64,000 nt of DNA from Naegleria gruberi. Taxonomy: Eukaryota. The stretch lies in NCBI GenBank assembly GCA_000004985.1, contig GG738892.1. One strand, written 5' to 3'. The notes under the pieces are model-generated. The model saw only the letters and a list, made by a program, of their open reading frames with translations, searched no databases and was not told the DNA's origin. Of this stretch, positions 53,087 through 64,000 are shown piece after piece; the stretch's first letter is position 1, and each line of letters begins with the position of its first letter. Both the position numbers and the translations under genes were made by a program.

Positions 53087-53638
53087 TTTAGTTTGTGGTT
53101 TTTTTTCAGAGAAAAATTACGAACGACTACCGATATTTTACAAAAGCCACGCATGTTGTTGGCTGCTTCAACAACAATAATGAAGGAAGATGAATATTCG
53201 CTGGCTAAAAGAGAAAACTTTGTAAAGTGGTGACCACTTCGATAGGTGGTTGACCAGGATTGATAGTCGATTTTCCAAAACGAAACTACTACCAACATCA
53301 GAAATTATCTCTTCTAGACTGTTTTATTGTATAATCTTGCAAGTAAGGTAAATGCTCAACTTTGAGAATATTATTATTCACAGAGAAATAACATCATGCA
53401 GATTTTTGCAGATATTTACGTCTGTTGTTAAAATAACAATGGAACACTGCGAAGAAAACTCCTGATACACCAATAGACTTCTTTTTGCCTTCCACATTAA
53501 AAATCACTTGAAAAAAAATTCCTTCTCCGTTACCGTAGGCTTCTCTCCTTCACACCCCTTGTGTGATCAAAATTTATTTATTTTCGGATACTCTCTCAAG
53601 TGTATATAAATTATTATTATTATCAAATTTAGAGGAAT

Positions 53639-56600
53639 ATGAATCGAAATTTGAGACCATCAACACAAGTTGTTGTTGATGGTAAATTGATGGTAACATT
53701 GATTTTATTTATTTTAACATTGATTGGATGTGTGTTATCTGAAGTTGTTATTCCAATCAATCAGGCACAAGAAGGACATGTTGAAGCAGGCAATTCAGTC
53801 ATTTATAAATTTGAAAACATTCCTGAACTTGCCACTGACAACTCTACACTCTCTTTCATAGTGACTACTCTTTCCGGTGATGCTGATATTTATGTATCTA
53901 CAACAGGTGCTCCAGATTTTACTAATCCAAACACCTATCAATGGAAATCTGTTATTCAGGACGGAACTGATACTGTCACTCTCTCAAAAACAACAGAAGG
54001 ATATAAGAGTGGAGGACCATATTATGTTGCTGTGAATGGTTTCCAAGGTCCAGCCATGTACACAATTATTGGTTTACATTCTGATAATCATGTTAAAGTT
54101 GTTCAAGGTTTTCCACAAAATGTTTTTGTAGGATCCGGACAGTATGTCTATTTTTCATATGATGTGACAAGTAATGGATTATTTACAATTTCTGTCACTT
54201 CTTTATACGGAGAAGCAAATCTTTATGTTAGTACAACAAATCAAAAGCCAGATGCATCATCATATAATTATAAAAAGGAGTCACTAGGAGATGATTTCCT
54301 TTCCATTACACACTCTGGTGAAGTTCCAACCACTTACTATATTGGTATTAAAGGAGATCATAGTTCACAAACTCAATTCAGCTTACAAATAACTTCACCA
54401 GATGTTCAAGATATTATTGCTGATGGTATTCCTCTTTATGCCAGACTTTACAGCAGATCCACAACTTACTACAAATTTTTCTTATCAAAAGTTGTTCAAG
54501 ATTTGACAATTACAGCTGACAGAAGAACAATGCTTGGTGATCCAGATATTTTTGTTTCAAGACTTTACCAATATCCAAACTCATCTGCTTGTGAATGGTC
54601 TCACTCTCTTCATGGTACCAGTTCTATCCAAATTTCAGAACCTGAACATTTGTACCCAGGTTGGTTCTATATTGCTATTCACGATGATTCCGTTTTTTCT
54701 ACTGACTATGCACTTTACATTTCTTCAACTTTTGCTCACACTAGACTTTCTAATGGTCTTCCTCTTTCAAAACAATTAATAGGTTATAAGACTGATTATT
54801 ATGCATACTATGTTGAACCAAACAATCTTGGAGGATTTACTACTTTAGATATCTTTGTTACAAGTGCATCTGGAGTTCCTTTAAATGTTTATGGAAGTAC
54901 TATTAACAGATATCCAAATGAAAATTCTCATGACTTGGTTGGTACTTTTAATGGAGCCTCATTTGTATTACACAAGGATGACTCTCCATCTGGAATGTAC
55001 TATGTAGCAGTTACATCCACCACAAATAGCAATTATACCATTGTTGTATCATCTGCCAATAGATTTATTGAATTAGTTGACACAGTTCAATATTCTTATA
55101 CAGTTAATAAGAGAGATTATAGAAAATTTGTTCTCCCAATTTCAGATAATAGTGTTGATGTCAGTTTTTCCTTGTCAACTATTAGCGGTGATGCTGATAT
55201 GTACATTTCAACCAATCAATTAGTTGATAGAGCCAACTACAAATGGAAGGCAGCATCTTACGCAAGGAATGAACTTATTCATATTGCTGCAAATGATCCT
55301 TTAAGACATAGTCCTGAATTTGATGGAAGTCTTTATGTTGCCGTTTATGGTTATGCCGCATCTTCCTTTAGTATTGTGGCTTATTTACACACAGGTCAAC
55401 CAATAGAATTGGAAAGTGGAGTTCCTGTATATGGAGTATTGGAGAATGATATGTCTTCTCAAAATTACAAATATTACCTCAGTACAACCAGAGATTTGAG
55501 AATTGTTGTACAACCAGGAAGTGAGTCTCACGACCCAGATATTTATGTCAGTAGAACCAATCCTAACCCAGGACCATCTAGTTATGACTATCGTTCTATT
55601 TCAGTTGATGACGATGTAGTTAGTATCCCTTCTGCACAACCAGGCAATTATTTCATTTCTGTTTATACATTCTTCCCAAATACCTCATACATTCTCACTG
55701 TTTCAGCTGGATCAATGGAATTACGTACTTTTGGTATCCCAATTATTGATACAGTAGCAAAAGGTCAAACCAAGGACTATTATTCAATTCTTTCAACAGA
55801 AAACTTTGTTATTGGTGTTACTCTTATTGATGGTAATACAAACTTGAAAATTACTAACAATACTTTTACCAAATCTGATAATGGATATCCAGGTAATTAT
55901 GTCTCTTTGAGCGCATCTGAAATTACTGAAGTTGGTACCTGGAAAACTTCTGTTTATGGTGTAGAAGATTCAACTTACTATATTCATGCTTCTTCTTTGA
56001 GCTTCCAAGCTGAATTGAAGGTAGGTTTGCCAGTTATTGGTGAAGCTTTCTGTTGTGGAGAAACAGGTTCCCTTTTTGCTTACAATGGAATTTTGGTCAG
56101 CAATACAGATTATTTGGTTTATGTTAATTCACTGTATGGAGAGGATAGCTTTACTGCTGTCTATGTTGATCAATATCCTAATACCAATCCAACTCCAACA
56201 AGCCACAAATGGTCTGCTCAAGGAAGTGACGACTTGATTGTTAAACTCCCAGCCAATCAATTAGATGTTGTAAAATCTCTTTATATTTCTGTTTACTCAT
56301 ACAGAGGTTTAGCTAGATTCCATGTCACTTTGGAACAATCTGGAGCTCCAATATTTTTGACTTCTGATTCTCCTAATTATGTATTTGGTAATCCAGACCA
56401 ATCAGATTATTTTAAGGTAATGAGTTTAAGAAATTCAGCTGGACTTAATGCTGTTTTGGAATCTTGTAATGATTTGGAAGCAGCACCATTCTATGTTTCC
56501 AACATTAACCCACAACCAACACAAAATAATAGCTATGTTTCTCAAGCTGATGGTAAATTTAGACAAATTATAACAACAACCAAGTCTGAGACAAATACTT

Positions 56601-59600
56601 TCTATTATATTGGTACTTCCAAGTTGCAACACGCATTGCCTTATACTATGTTTGCTACAACAGGTACTGATAAGAGACCAATACCAAAGAATAATGGTGT
56701 TCTCATTCCTGGACCACTCATGTCAGTAAATAGCAAGAGAATTTCAGTTCCAAGTGTTGAAGGAGACTCTCAAGGTGTTTCTTACTTGGTTTACAAACGT
56801 ATATTAACTCCACAAGAAGACCCAGCCAATGTCAATATGCAAACATTGTGCGCAATTAAGGAAGAAGCTCAATTGGTCGGAGAAATTGCTACACCACCAT
56901 CTGGCGCAGATTTCGTTGATTATGATGTACCTGTTGGATTTAATGAAAGATCTGTAATTAACGTAATCGCCAAGAATAGCTATGGTGTTTCATCTGCTTA
57001 TAAGCCAATTTTCATTGGAATTGATAACAACGATTATCTTATTGATGGTGTTTCCCTTCTTTCATCAACCAATGAAACTAACAGATGCTCCCAATTTATT
57101 TTCACTGCCACACTTTTGGATACTGAGACTGTATCTTTTATTGTTACCCCTTTCTCTGGTGATGCCGATTTATTTATTGCTAATAAGCCACAAGCCTCTG
57201 AATCTAACTTTGTTTATGCAAGCCGTAATCACGGATTTGACATTGTTTCGTTCACTAAAGGAGATCCTAAATATTTCCCTGGCCCATACTATATTGGAGT
57301 TTGTGGATTGAATGATGGTATCACTGAATTTAGCATTATCGCTTCAACATCTAACAATCCTATTAAATTGAAGGATGGTCAACCTCAACTTATGACAACC
57401 AAGACTCTGGATTACAGCTACTTTACTTTTGACCTTGAAGGATCAGATGATTTTACCGTAACTGTCACACCATTGACCGGAGATCCAGATGCTTATTTGA
57501 GTACAAATCCTAAACCATCAACATTTAGCTTCATGTGGAGCAGTGAACAAAGTGCTGTTGAAATTATCAATGTTAAAAGCTCAGACAATCAATTCAAACC
57601 AGATGTTACATATCATTTGAGCATTTTTGCTTTCTCCGCTGATACTATTTATTCAGTTGTCATTACTAGAAATACCTCAATTTCTACTTTGATGCATGGT
57701 GTTAGTATGGGAGGTAGAGTTCAATCACCATATTCATCCTATTATAGATTCAAACTTACTCATCCAAGTAATGTTACAATCACTGTTAATCCATTGAATT
57801 CATTGGGTGATCCAGACATTTTTGTTTCAACTCACGACAATAATCAATATCCTGACTTTTTACATCATGATTTCTATGCCTTCTCCAGAAGTGTTGACAC
57901 ATTGACAATCAAGACAACTGATCAAGGGTGGAGAATGGGATGGTATTATATTGCAGTTGCAGGTTATAGAGAACAAACAGAATTTGAAATTACTGTTTCT
58001 TCTTCAGATGAAGTAATAGTTCTTGAAGATGGTGTTTCCCTTACCACTTCAAGTTATGTTGATGAATGGAAGTATTATGCTTTCTTCTATGGATTTGATG
58101 CCAACTCACTCACTTTCAGTGTTAGATTAGGTACAGGTATGAGATCTGAAATGGTTTGCAGTAAGACTAACTCACACCCATCAAGAGACAAGTATGACTT
58201 TTTGGGAGAAAACACTGGAGCTGAATTGCTTGCTGTAATTCCTGAAAAATCATCTATCGGATGGTATTATTGTGGCGTTCATACTTTCACTGCAAGTGAC
58301 TATTCAATCACTGCTTTTACAAACCAAAGAGCAAGATTATTGCAAGATGCTACTATGAGTACAAATAACAATGTTAGAGCTAAATATTATGTTTACTTTA
58401 CCTATACCTTACCTCCTTTTGTTAACATGACTGACATTAATATTGTAGCCTACATGAATCAAGGAGATGGTGATCTTTATGTTTCCACTAAGACTAATAG
58501 ACCAACAGACAAGAATTATCAATGGCATTCCACTTCGAGTGTGAATGAAAATTTGGTCATTGCCAAGAGTGATATTGGTTCTGATTCCAGAGAATTATTC
58601 ATTGGTGTTCATGGTTGGTCCAACGCTTTGTTTGACATTGTTGTTTATGGTTTGGATACTGTTTTAGATCTTAAAGAAAATAGTCCAGTTCTTGGTGATT
58701 CTCAAAGTAACAGTTATAAGAGATACTCATTCAAGCTTGAAAATAGAGGTGTTTTGAGAATTGATCTCTCAGTTTTGTCTGCTTACCCATCTGATTGTGA
58801 TTTCTTTGTTAGTATGACACCATACCCTACCAAGAATCATTACACATGGAAGAGTGACAAGTTTGGAGATGATACACTTCAAATTGATGAGGCTGAAGCT
58901 GGAACTTATTACATCTCAGTTTACACAACATTTATTGCTTCTAGCAAATTCTCTCTTACTGTTTCTTCTGCTTATTCATTGGTTAATGATGGAGGCCAAA
59001 TTCTTGACTTTGTTGATAGTGGTGCTGTAAGACGTTATAAGATTTTGATTCCAGAACAAGCTGCATCTATTAGTATTACAACAGTTGGTATCAATGGTAG
59101 AACAGTAATGTATGCTAGTAACAATGAAACTTTCCCAACCAAAGATTACTTTGTTGCCTCCTCAGATACTGTTCATGGTAATGGTATTTTAGTTCTTAAA
59201 TCTGATTCAATCTTTGCAACTGGAGTATGGACAGTTAGTGTATATGGTATAACTCCTGCCTCTTTCTACTTGTCCTATCAAACCTCTCAAGGTATTTTGA
59301 GAGCTGGTGTTCCACGTGTTGGTATTACCACTCTTACAAATACTGCTAAATACTTGTTACCAATTTCTAGTGCTCAACCATTGTCTATCAGTGCTAGAGT
59401 CTTTGATGTTGTGAATGACTGTATTATGGTTAATGCTTATCAAAATCCAAGTGTCAAGGCTAGTGCCAAGTCTGATCCTAGAATTAATAATGGTGTTCTT
59501 TTGGAATATGCCCAAATTTCTTCAACTCAACTCTTGACTGTTGAAGTTTCTGCATGCTCTAATAGAGTTCAATATGAGATTGTTGTCGCAGCTAAGGATC

Positions 59601-60694
59601 AACCAACCTATTTGTCACAAGATTACTACTCTTTGTTTGTTTCTGAGGCTAACACATTTGATATCTACAGTCCAAAATCTGCTCAAGCTTTAACTGTTCA
59701 ATATGATTCTTGTGATTCTACTTCAATTAAAGATACTCTCAAGGTTTTCATTGGTAAGAATAGAATTCCAACTTCACAAGATTTTGATCAAGTTGGTGTT
59801 GCCAGAAATAGATATTCAAGCAACATTGTAGTACAAAGTGCTGTTCCAAAAGCCAATTACTATGTTACCACTGTTGGTACATCTCCACAATTCTTCTCTC
59901 TCTTTACTACTACCTCCAGTCCTGATCCAAGACCAGAAGCTGTTCCATTCACTGTTAAGCCAACAAATACTGTTTCAAAGGATGGTAAAACTCAACAAGA
60001 ATACAGTGTTTCCATCGATGTTCCAAAGAGTAAGGACCACACCACCTTCTATAAGGTTGTTGCATATGGTTTGAGTGAAAAGCATAAAGGACAATCCGAT
60101 GAACAAGTTATGTCAAGCCTCAACTTCCACACTCTCTGCGCCATTAATTCCAAGTCAAATTTACAGACCGTTGGTTATGGAAATAGTTTGAGTTCATCAT
60201 TGACAATGTCTTTGTTTGCTGATGAAGATTACATTGTTAATATTATTACTTCATATGGTGAATCTGGTCAACTTCAACAAGTTTCTACTCCAATAATTAT
60301 CAGAAGAAATGATAGTGCTGTAAGCCCAGGTGGTATTATACTTCTCATCCTTGTTATTTTGGTTGTTTTGTATTTGTCTATTGGTTCTATTGTCAAGGTT
60401 GTTAAATATAAGGCTAGAGGAGCTGAAATTATTCCAAATACTGGATTCTGGAAAGAAGTTTTCAGCTTATTCTGGGAAGGTTGCCAATTTGTTTTCTTGT
60501 GTGAAATGTTCAGACGTCGTCAAACTTCTGAATATGACACTATGGATGAGGAAGGTGTTGCAGAGGATAACTCAATTAATAACCCAGACGCTTATCAAAA
60601 TAATGGTGAACAAGATGATGATGACGATGATATTAACCCATTTGCTCATTCCACAAGACAAACTCCAGAAAATGGCTACACAACCATTATTTAA
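53639..60694 (+). CDS. Giant (2351 aa) type I membrane protein built of about 18 tandem PPC (bacterial pre-peptidase C-terminal)-like beta-sandwich repeats, with a single C-terminal TM helix and acidic cytoplasmic tail
   Basis: Intronless ORF. N-terminal signal/TM (LMVTLILFILTLIGCVLS). About 110-aa periodic units each carry [GS]GD[AP]D[ILM][YF][VI]S...P......Y.W.S (LSGDADIYVSTTGAPDFTNPNTYQWKS; MLGDPDIFVSRLYQYPNSSACEWSHS; ISGDADMYISTNQLVDRANYKWKA; FSGDADLFIANKPQASESNF; LTGDPDAYLSTNPKPSTFSFMWSS; NQGDGDLYVSTKTNRPTDKNYQWHS; YPSDCDFFVSMTPYPTKNHYTWKS ...). C-terminal TM GGIILLILVILVVLYLSIGSIV, then basic stop-transfer and a D/E-rich tail. Confidence 0.8.
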   Translation: MNRNLRPSTQVVVDGKLMVTLILFILTLIGCVLSEVVIPINQAQEGHVEAGNSVIYKFENIPELATDNSTLSFIVTTLSGDADIYVSTTGAPDFTNPNTYQWKSVIQDGTDTVTLSKTTEGYKSGGPYYVAVNGFQGPAMYTIIGLHSDNHVKVVQGFPQNVFVGSGQYVYFSYDVTSNGLFTISVTSLYGEANLYVSTTNQKPDASSYNYKKESLGDDFLSITHSGEVPTTYYIGIKGDHSSQTQFSLQITSPDVQDIIADGIPLYARLYSRSTTYYKFFLSKVVQDLTITADRRTMLGDPDIFVSRLYQYPNSSACEWSHSLHGTSSIQISEPEHLYPGWFYIAIHDDSVFSTDYALYISSTFAHTRLSNGLPLSKQLIGYKTDYYAYYVEPNNLGGFTTLDIFVTSASGVPLNVYGSTINRYPNENSHDLVGTFNGASFVLHKDDSPSGMYYVAVTSTTNSNYTIVVSSANRFIELVDTVQYSYTVNKRDYRKFVLPISDNSVDVSFSLSTISGDADMYISTNQLVDRANYKWKAASYARNELIHIAANDPLRHSPEFDGSLYVAVYGYAASSFSIVAYLHTGQPIELESGVPVYGVLENDMSSQNYKYYLSTTRDLRIVVQPGSESHDPDIYVSRTNPNPGPSSYDYRSISVDDDVVSIPSAQPGNYFISVYTFFPNTSYILTVSAGSMELRTFGIPIIDTVAKGQTKDYYSILSTENFVIGVTLIDGNTNLKITNNTFTKSDNGYPGNYVSLSASEITEVGTWKTSVYGVEDSTYYIHASSLSFQAELKVGLPVIGEAFCCGETGSLFAYNGILVSNTDYLVYVNSLYGEDSFTAVYVDQYPNTNPTPTSHKWSAQGSDDLIVKLPANQLDVVKSLYISVYSYRGLARFHVTLEQSGAPIFLTSDSPNYVFGNPDQSDYFKVMSLRNSAGLNAVLESCNDLEAAPFYVSNINPQPTQNNSYVSQADGKFRQIITTTKSETNTFYYIGTSKLQHALPYTMFATTGTDKRPIPKNNGVLIPGPLMSVNSKRISVPSVEGDSQGVSYLVYKRILTPQEDPANVNMQTLCAIKEEAQLVGEIATPPSGADFVDYDVPVGFNERSVINVIAKNSYGVSSAYKPIFIGIDNNDYLIDGVSLLSSTNETNRCSQFIFTATLLDTETVSFIVTPFSGDADLFIANKPQASESNFVYASRNHGFDIVSFTKGDPKYFPGPYYIGVCGLNDGITEFSIIASTSNNPIKLKDGQPQLMTTKTLDYSYFTFDLEGSDDFTVTVTPLTGDPDAYLSTNPKPSTFSFMWSSEQSAVEIINVKSSDNQFKPDVTYHLSIFAFSADTIYSVVITRNTSISTLMHGVSMGGRVQSPYSSYYRFKLTHPSNVTITVNPLNSLGDPDIFVSTHDNNQYPDFLHHDFYAFSRSVDTLTIKTTDQGWRMGWYYIAVAGYREQTEFEITVSSSDEVIVLEDGVSLTTSSYVDEWKYYAFFYGFDANSLTFSVRLGTGMRSEMVCSKTNSHPSRDKYDFLGENTGAELLAVIPEKSSIGWYYCGVHTFTASDYSITAFTNQRARLLQDATMSTNNNVRAKYYVYFTYTLPPFVNMTDINIVAYMNQGDGDLYVSTKTNRPTDKNYQWHSTSSVNENLVIAKSDIGSDSRELFIGVHGWSNALFDIVVYGLDTVLDLKENSPVLGDSQSNSYKRYSFKLENRGVLRIDLSVLSAYPSDCDFFVSMTPYPTKNHYTWKSDKFGDDTLQIDEAEAGTYYISVYTTFIASSKFSLTVSSAYSLVNDGGQILDFVDSGAVRRYKILIPEQAASISITTVGINGRTVMYASNNETFPTKDYFVASSDTVHGNGILVLKSDSIFATGVWTVSVYGITPASFYLSYQTSQGILRAGVPRVGITTLTNTAKYLLPISSAQPLSISARVFDVVNDCIMVNAYQNPSVKASAKSDPRINNGVLLEYAQISSTQLLTVEVSACSNRVQYEIVVAAKDQPTYLSQDYYSLFVSEANTFDIYSPKSAQALTVQYDSCDSTSIKDTLKVFIGKNRIPTSQDFDQVGVARNRYSSNIVVQSAVPKANYYVTTVGTSPQFFSLFTTTSSPDPRPEAVPFTVKPTNTVSKDGKTQQEYSVSIDVPKSKDHTTFYKVVAYGLSEKHKGQSDEQVMSSLNFHTLCAINSKSNLQTVGYGNSLSSSLTMSLFADEDYIVNIITSYGESGQLQQVSTPIIIRRNDSAVSPGGIILLILVILVVLYLSIGSIVKVVKYKARGAEIIPNTGFWKEVFSLFWEGCQFVFLCEMFRRRQTSEYDTMDEEGVAEDNSINNPDAYQNNGEQDDDDDDINPFAHSTRQTPENGYTTII

Positions 60695-60699
60695 ATAAA

Positions 60700-62780
60700 T
60701 TATTTTTTATTTAGTTCCTTTTTCAGTTCAGCACATTCCTTGGTCTTGTCCTCCAATAGTTTTTCTAGCTCTGCAACTCTGTTTTTCAGAATTTGTACTT
60801 CTGACAATGGAGATTTTGTTGCTGGACTAACTGGTGGTGTTGAAACAGATGGTGGAGTTTTTGTGGGTGTTGAACTAGGTGGTTGCCAGAAACCATTATT
60901 AAAAACATTGTTTCTTCTCTTGCCAAATATATCAGGCTCACCAAGCTCCAATACAGCATTTCCTACAACGTCTTCCCTTGTTGCTACATCAGTATGAACC
61001 ACTACAGTATCTCCTCCTAATCCCAATAATTGAGCCAATTCGTCATCCATTTCCTCTCCATTATCTCCTTCATCACTGGATCCTTTTTCTTCCTCTTCCT
61101 CAGTATCGGATTCAAAAGTTTCTGCTCGTGACATCACTTCTGGTGATGATGACGAAAATATGGATAACCATTTTTGAGTATCAGCATTTGTTGGGAATGC
61201 AAGAGTTTCTCGTGATTCTCCTTCATTTCCAACATTCAAGGTAAATGCCATCTTATGATATTCATTTTTTTGAGTTCCAGTTGGTATGAAATCAGTGTAA
61301 TATTTTTCTCTCGTAAAGTCAACCCTGCATCCAATAACATCAGCTACCTTAGTCTTCTTATGTGAAGTATAAAAAAGTAATTGTTTGTTCAAGAGTTCAG
61401 CATAAACTATTGATGGCTTTTGATATGTTTTGATATGTGCCTTTTGGTTTTTTCTAATTATGTAACCTTCTTGTTTAGTGTCTGAAATTGGTGGTTTTGG
61501 TTGTTGAACTTCTTTTTGTATCTTGCTTGAAACCAAGTCTGTACAATAACAATACACGTTATTTGTAATTTTCTCACTAAACTCTTTTGCCTCACTAATG
61601 TTGTGTAATAATAGAATTATTAACTAATTAAATATAATTAAAAAACTTACTCTAAAGATCCGAAAATAAATTGTAACTCTGGTACAAAGTAGGATTGTTT
61701 TGCTTGTTTGGCAGATGTTGGTTGACTCGATATTGTTGAATTATTTCCAACAACAGTATTATTTGATTTATCGCCCAATGAACTAGAAGAAAGCTCTGCA
61801 ACTGTGACCAGCACTCTAGAATTCACTGATTGATTAGATCCACTCGATATAGGTGTATATTTAGCACATGTAAATGGTGTAATTTTAAATGTTAAAGTAT
61901 GTTCCGATTGTTTTTTAATCAACAAACTCTTTCCTTCCTTCAACCGTAAACTACACTTTACCATATGCATTCCTTCGTTAGTATTTACAGATTTCTTCTC
62001 CACTAAAATGTAGGCCTTCCCACTATATCCAAGATAGCCATGATCAGCAGCAACAGAATTCGATGGAGAGGACAATGGAGAAACCTGCAGGTTTGGTGAG
62101 GGGCTACTTTGAGGCATTTTTAATGGTTGATTATTAATACAAGTTGATGTCGTCGCACTGCTGACGGTTGTGGAAGTGGTGTCGCTTAGTGATGAAGAGT
62201 TGTCGTTAGATGAAATCGATTGGTTAGTAGTGTTGGTGGTGACTGTTATAGTTGGTGATCGAGAGGTATTGTTGGAGAGTTGGAGATGAGGTGGTGGGAG
62301 TTGAGGCAATTTTTGATTCTTGTATTGTTGTGGGTCGTGACTTGTTTGGTTTGTGCTTTCTGGAACACTACTACAGGAACTAATTTGATCGTAACTTGAG
62401 GATTCATCCAAGTGGAGAGGAATGGTAAGCATTGGTGGATAGAGATGAATATCAGTACAACTTTTGTGCTGCCGATTGATAAGGGAATAGTGAGGTGAGA
62501 CTGCATGGTGAGAATTATTGGTTGTTGAGGCAGCAGAGTCAGATGCTGATGAGGGTGAAAAGGGAACCTTTGAGGAAGATGAGGGGGAAGATAAGGAATT
62601 ACTACTACTGCTATTACTATCACAACTCATTGGAGAGAGTGGAGAGTCAACCCAAGAATCATCATGTTGAAAACTTAAAAATTGCCTAAATCTTCCATTC
62701 ATTAATTTTCTACTTGGTGAGGGAGTTCTCCATTGAATGTGAGCATTTGAAGAATTGGACCTAGACAATTTGGCACACAT
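60700..62780 (-). CDS. PH-domain protein with Ser/Thr-rich N-terminus and C-terminal acidic + coiled-coil region
   Basis: Two exons: complement join(61651..62780, 60700..61594) joined by a 56-nt intron (GTAAGT...ATTAG). The stop of ORF-track 61647..62780 is the TAA inside the GTAAGT donor. The joined region ...KYTPISS...YFVPELQFIFGSLDEAKEFSEKITNNVYCYC...KQEGYIIRKN...ADTQKWLSIF has PH-domain hallmarks (basic lipid-binding strand, C-terminal helix with invariant Trp). C-terminal LKNRVAELEKLLEDKTKECAELKKEL is a coiled coil. Confidence 0.5.
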
Positions 62781-63575
62781 GTTTGGATTCTCTGGAGAGT
62801 TTTTGCTGCAATTTTTTCTTTTAAGAGAAACGTTGTTGTTGAGGAAGCCGAACCGACAGCAACGTATAAAAGTGCCTGCAATATTTGTGCTTTTCTTCTA
62901 AACTGAGCATGCGATCCGGCATTTTACTCTCGCACATGTGTAGCCAAGTGAGAGTCGGGCAAACGTTGAGGAATCAATTGCTTACTTTCAAATGTTCCTT
63001 TTTCAAAACGATTAATAATCAACGTGCAAAAAGTTGTTAGAATTGATAGGGAACAAGGCATTTATTAAGAATGAAAGAAAAATTTGAACAATTCTCATTC
63101 AGAGCACTGAAGAAAAATGAAGCCCAGATTGGTCAATTAATATTTTAAAGGAATAAAAGTTAAAGTAAGGCTGTCCATTGTTTATTTAGAAATTTACATA
63201 TTGGGAGCATTACAACAACTGTATTTGAGGTTGGAAGCTTTTATTGAATAAATATGATTGCTGAAATGTTGATCAAAGAGCGATCCTAACTATTGATTAT
63301 TCCATTGTCATAATAATTACCATTTGATATGCTAAACAATTATACTCGTTGCATTTTGATTGTGTGAATAGATGAGATGGAAAGCAATCTTTTAAGAATG
63401 AATGGAAAATATTACAAAATTCAACATCATCACATATTTTACAGCATGGTCTGGTTTTTATTTACCCTTAATTTCCAATTAGAAAAAATATGAAATAAAT
63501 ACAATCTTTAAAAAAATCATCCCTGTATTATTAATACACTCTATAAAGACAGAAGACAATTATTTAATATTATTG

Positions 63576-64000
63576 ATGAAGACAAAAACAGAAGAGTTTC
63601 AACATGATTACAATGAAAATGATCAATTGTATTATCATGATCTTTTAAATCTAACTCCGAATGAATTCTTAGCCAAATATCATCACAATAATAGTAATAA
63701 CAATAATACAACAACAACATGCAATGAAAGTGTTAATTTACAAGTAGAACAAGAACATCCAGAAAGCAAATCCAACGTTTTTATTTCCTCCGATGTAATG
63801 TGTTATATCATCATGACCTATCTAGATTGGAAAACAATATTTACAAGTTGTTTATTGGTGAATAAGGAGTTTTTCAGAAGAATTGCCAATAATCGTCAGC
63901 TTTTTATTCAATTATTTAATGAATTATTTGTGATGGATCAGAAAATGATTGATAGTATGACAAGTAGATCGACATTTAAAAAAACTTTAACTAGTAATAA
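63576..64000 (+). CDS. 5' part of an uncharacterised gene (possible F-box-like N-terminus), continues beyond window
   Basis: ATG at 63576 opens a frame that stays open to the window edge: MKTKTEEFQHDYNENDQLYYHDLLNLTPNEFLAKYHHNN..(poly-N/T)..VMCYIIMTYLDWKTIFTSCLLVNKEFFRRIANNRQLF. Partial, so not in the ORF track. Confidence 0.3.
   Translation, partial: MKTKTEEFQHDYNENDQLYYHDLLNLTPNEFLAKYHHNNSNNNNTTTTCNESVNLQVEQEHPESKSNVFISSDVMCYIIMTYLDWKTIFTSCLLVNKEFFRRIANNRQLFIQLFNELFVMDQKMIDSMTSRSTFKKTLTSN

Noticed and set aside
1-64000. Prokaryotic-style novelty (CRISPR arrays, defence islands, operons, mobile elements, IS/transposon ends, LTRs)
   Set aside because: The sequence is eukaryotic (spliceosomal introns, eukaryote-specific gene families). 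There are no direct-repeat/spacer arrays, terminal inverted repeats, reverse transcriptase or transposase ORFs, or long duplicated segments.

Overview
This 64-kb window reads as nuclear DNA from an AT-rich unicellular eukaryote. The evidence is standard genetic code, GTAAGT/GTATGT...YAG introns of only about 38-57 nt, compact 150-800 bp AT-rich spacers, and long poly-Asn/Gln/Ser coding tracts. The gene content includes an ankyrin-repeat (pseudo)kinase and a possibly DD3-3-like secreted protein, which is most reminiscent of a social-amoeba-like amoebozoan. Codon usage is less AT-biased than Dictyostelium discoideum, so the taxon assignment is tentative. I infer about 30 protein-coding genes. 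No rRNA or tRNA genes, transposons or prokaryotic-type systems were found.

The most striking feature is a tight cluster of three genes for the pre-mRNA 3'-end cleavage/polyadenylation machinery. CPSF160 (27505-31626, minus strand) lies directly downstream of CPSF100 (31781-34207, minus strand), separated by a 154-bp spacer. CPSF100 is transcribed head-to-head with CstF-77 (34397-36749, plus strand, 3 exons) across a 189-bp shared promoter.

Secondary points of interest:
- A CASD1-type sialate/polysaccharide O-acetyltransferase is split into two divergently transcribed genes: esterase half 73-2214 (minus strand) and Cas1 multi-TM half 2399-4345 (plus strand).
- An AIR9-like protein with an N-terminal leucine-rich repeat (LRR) followed by tandem A9 repeats (21403-25801).
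- A 2351-aa type I membrane giant built from about 18 PPC (pre-peptidase C-terminal)-like beta-sandwich repeats (53639-60694).
- An ankyrin-repeat protein whose C-terminal kinase domain has HGN in place of HRD, making it a likely pseudokinase.
- Housekeeping and other genes: NFX1-type zinc-finger factor, V-ATPase subunit E, BCKDH E1-beta, a rhomboid protease, archaemetzincin, nibrin (FHA+BRCT), a kelch protein, NudC, a stand-alone EF-1beta guanine nucleotide exchange factor (GEF) domain protein, and a divergent polymerase-beta-fold nucleotidyltransferase (NTase).

Several ORF-track entries are single exons of spliced genes, and I reconstructed the exon joins by hand. All identifications rest on motif-level recognition from memory, not on database searches.
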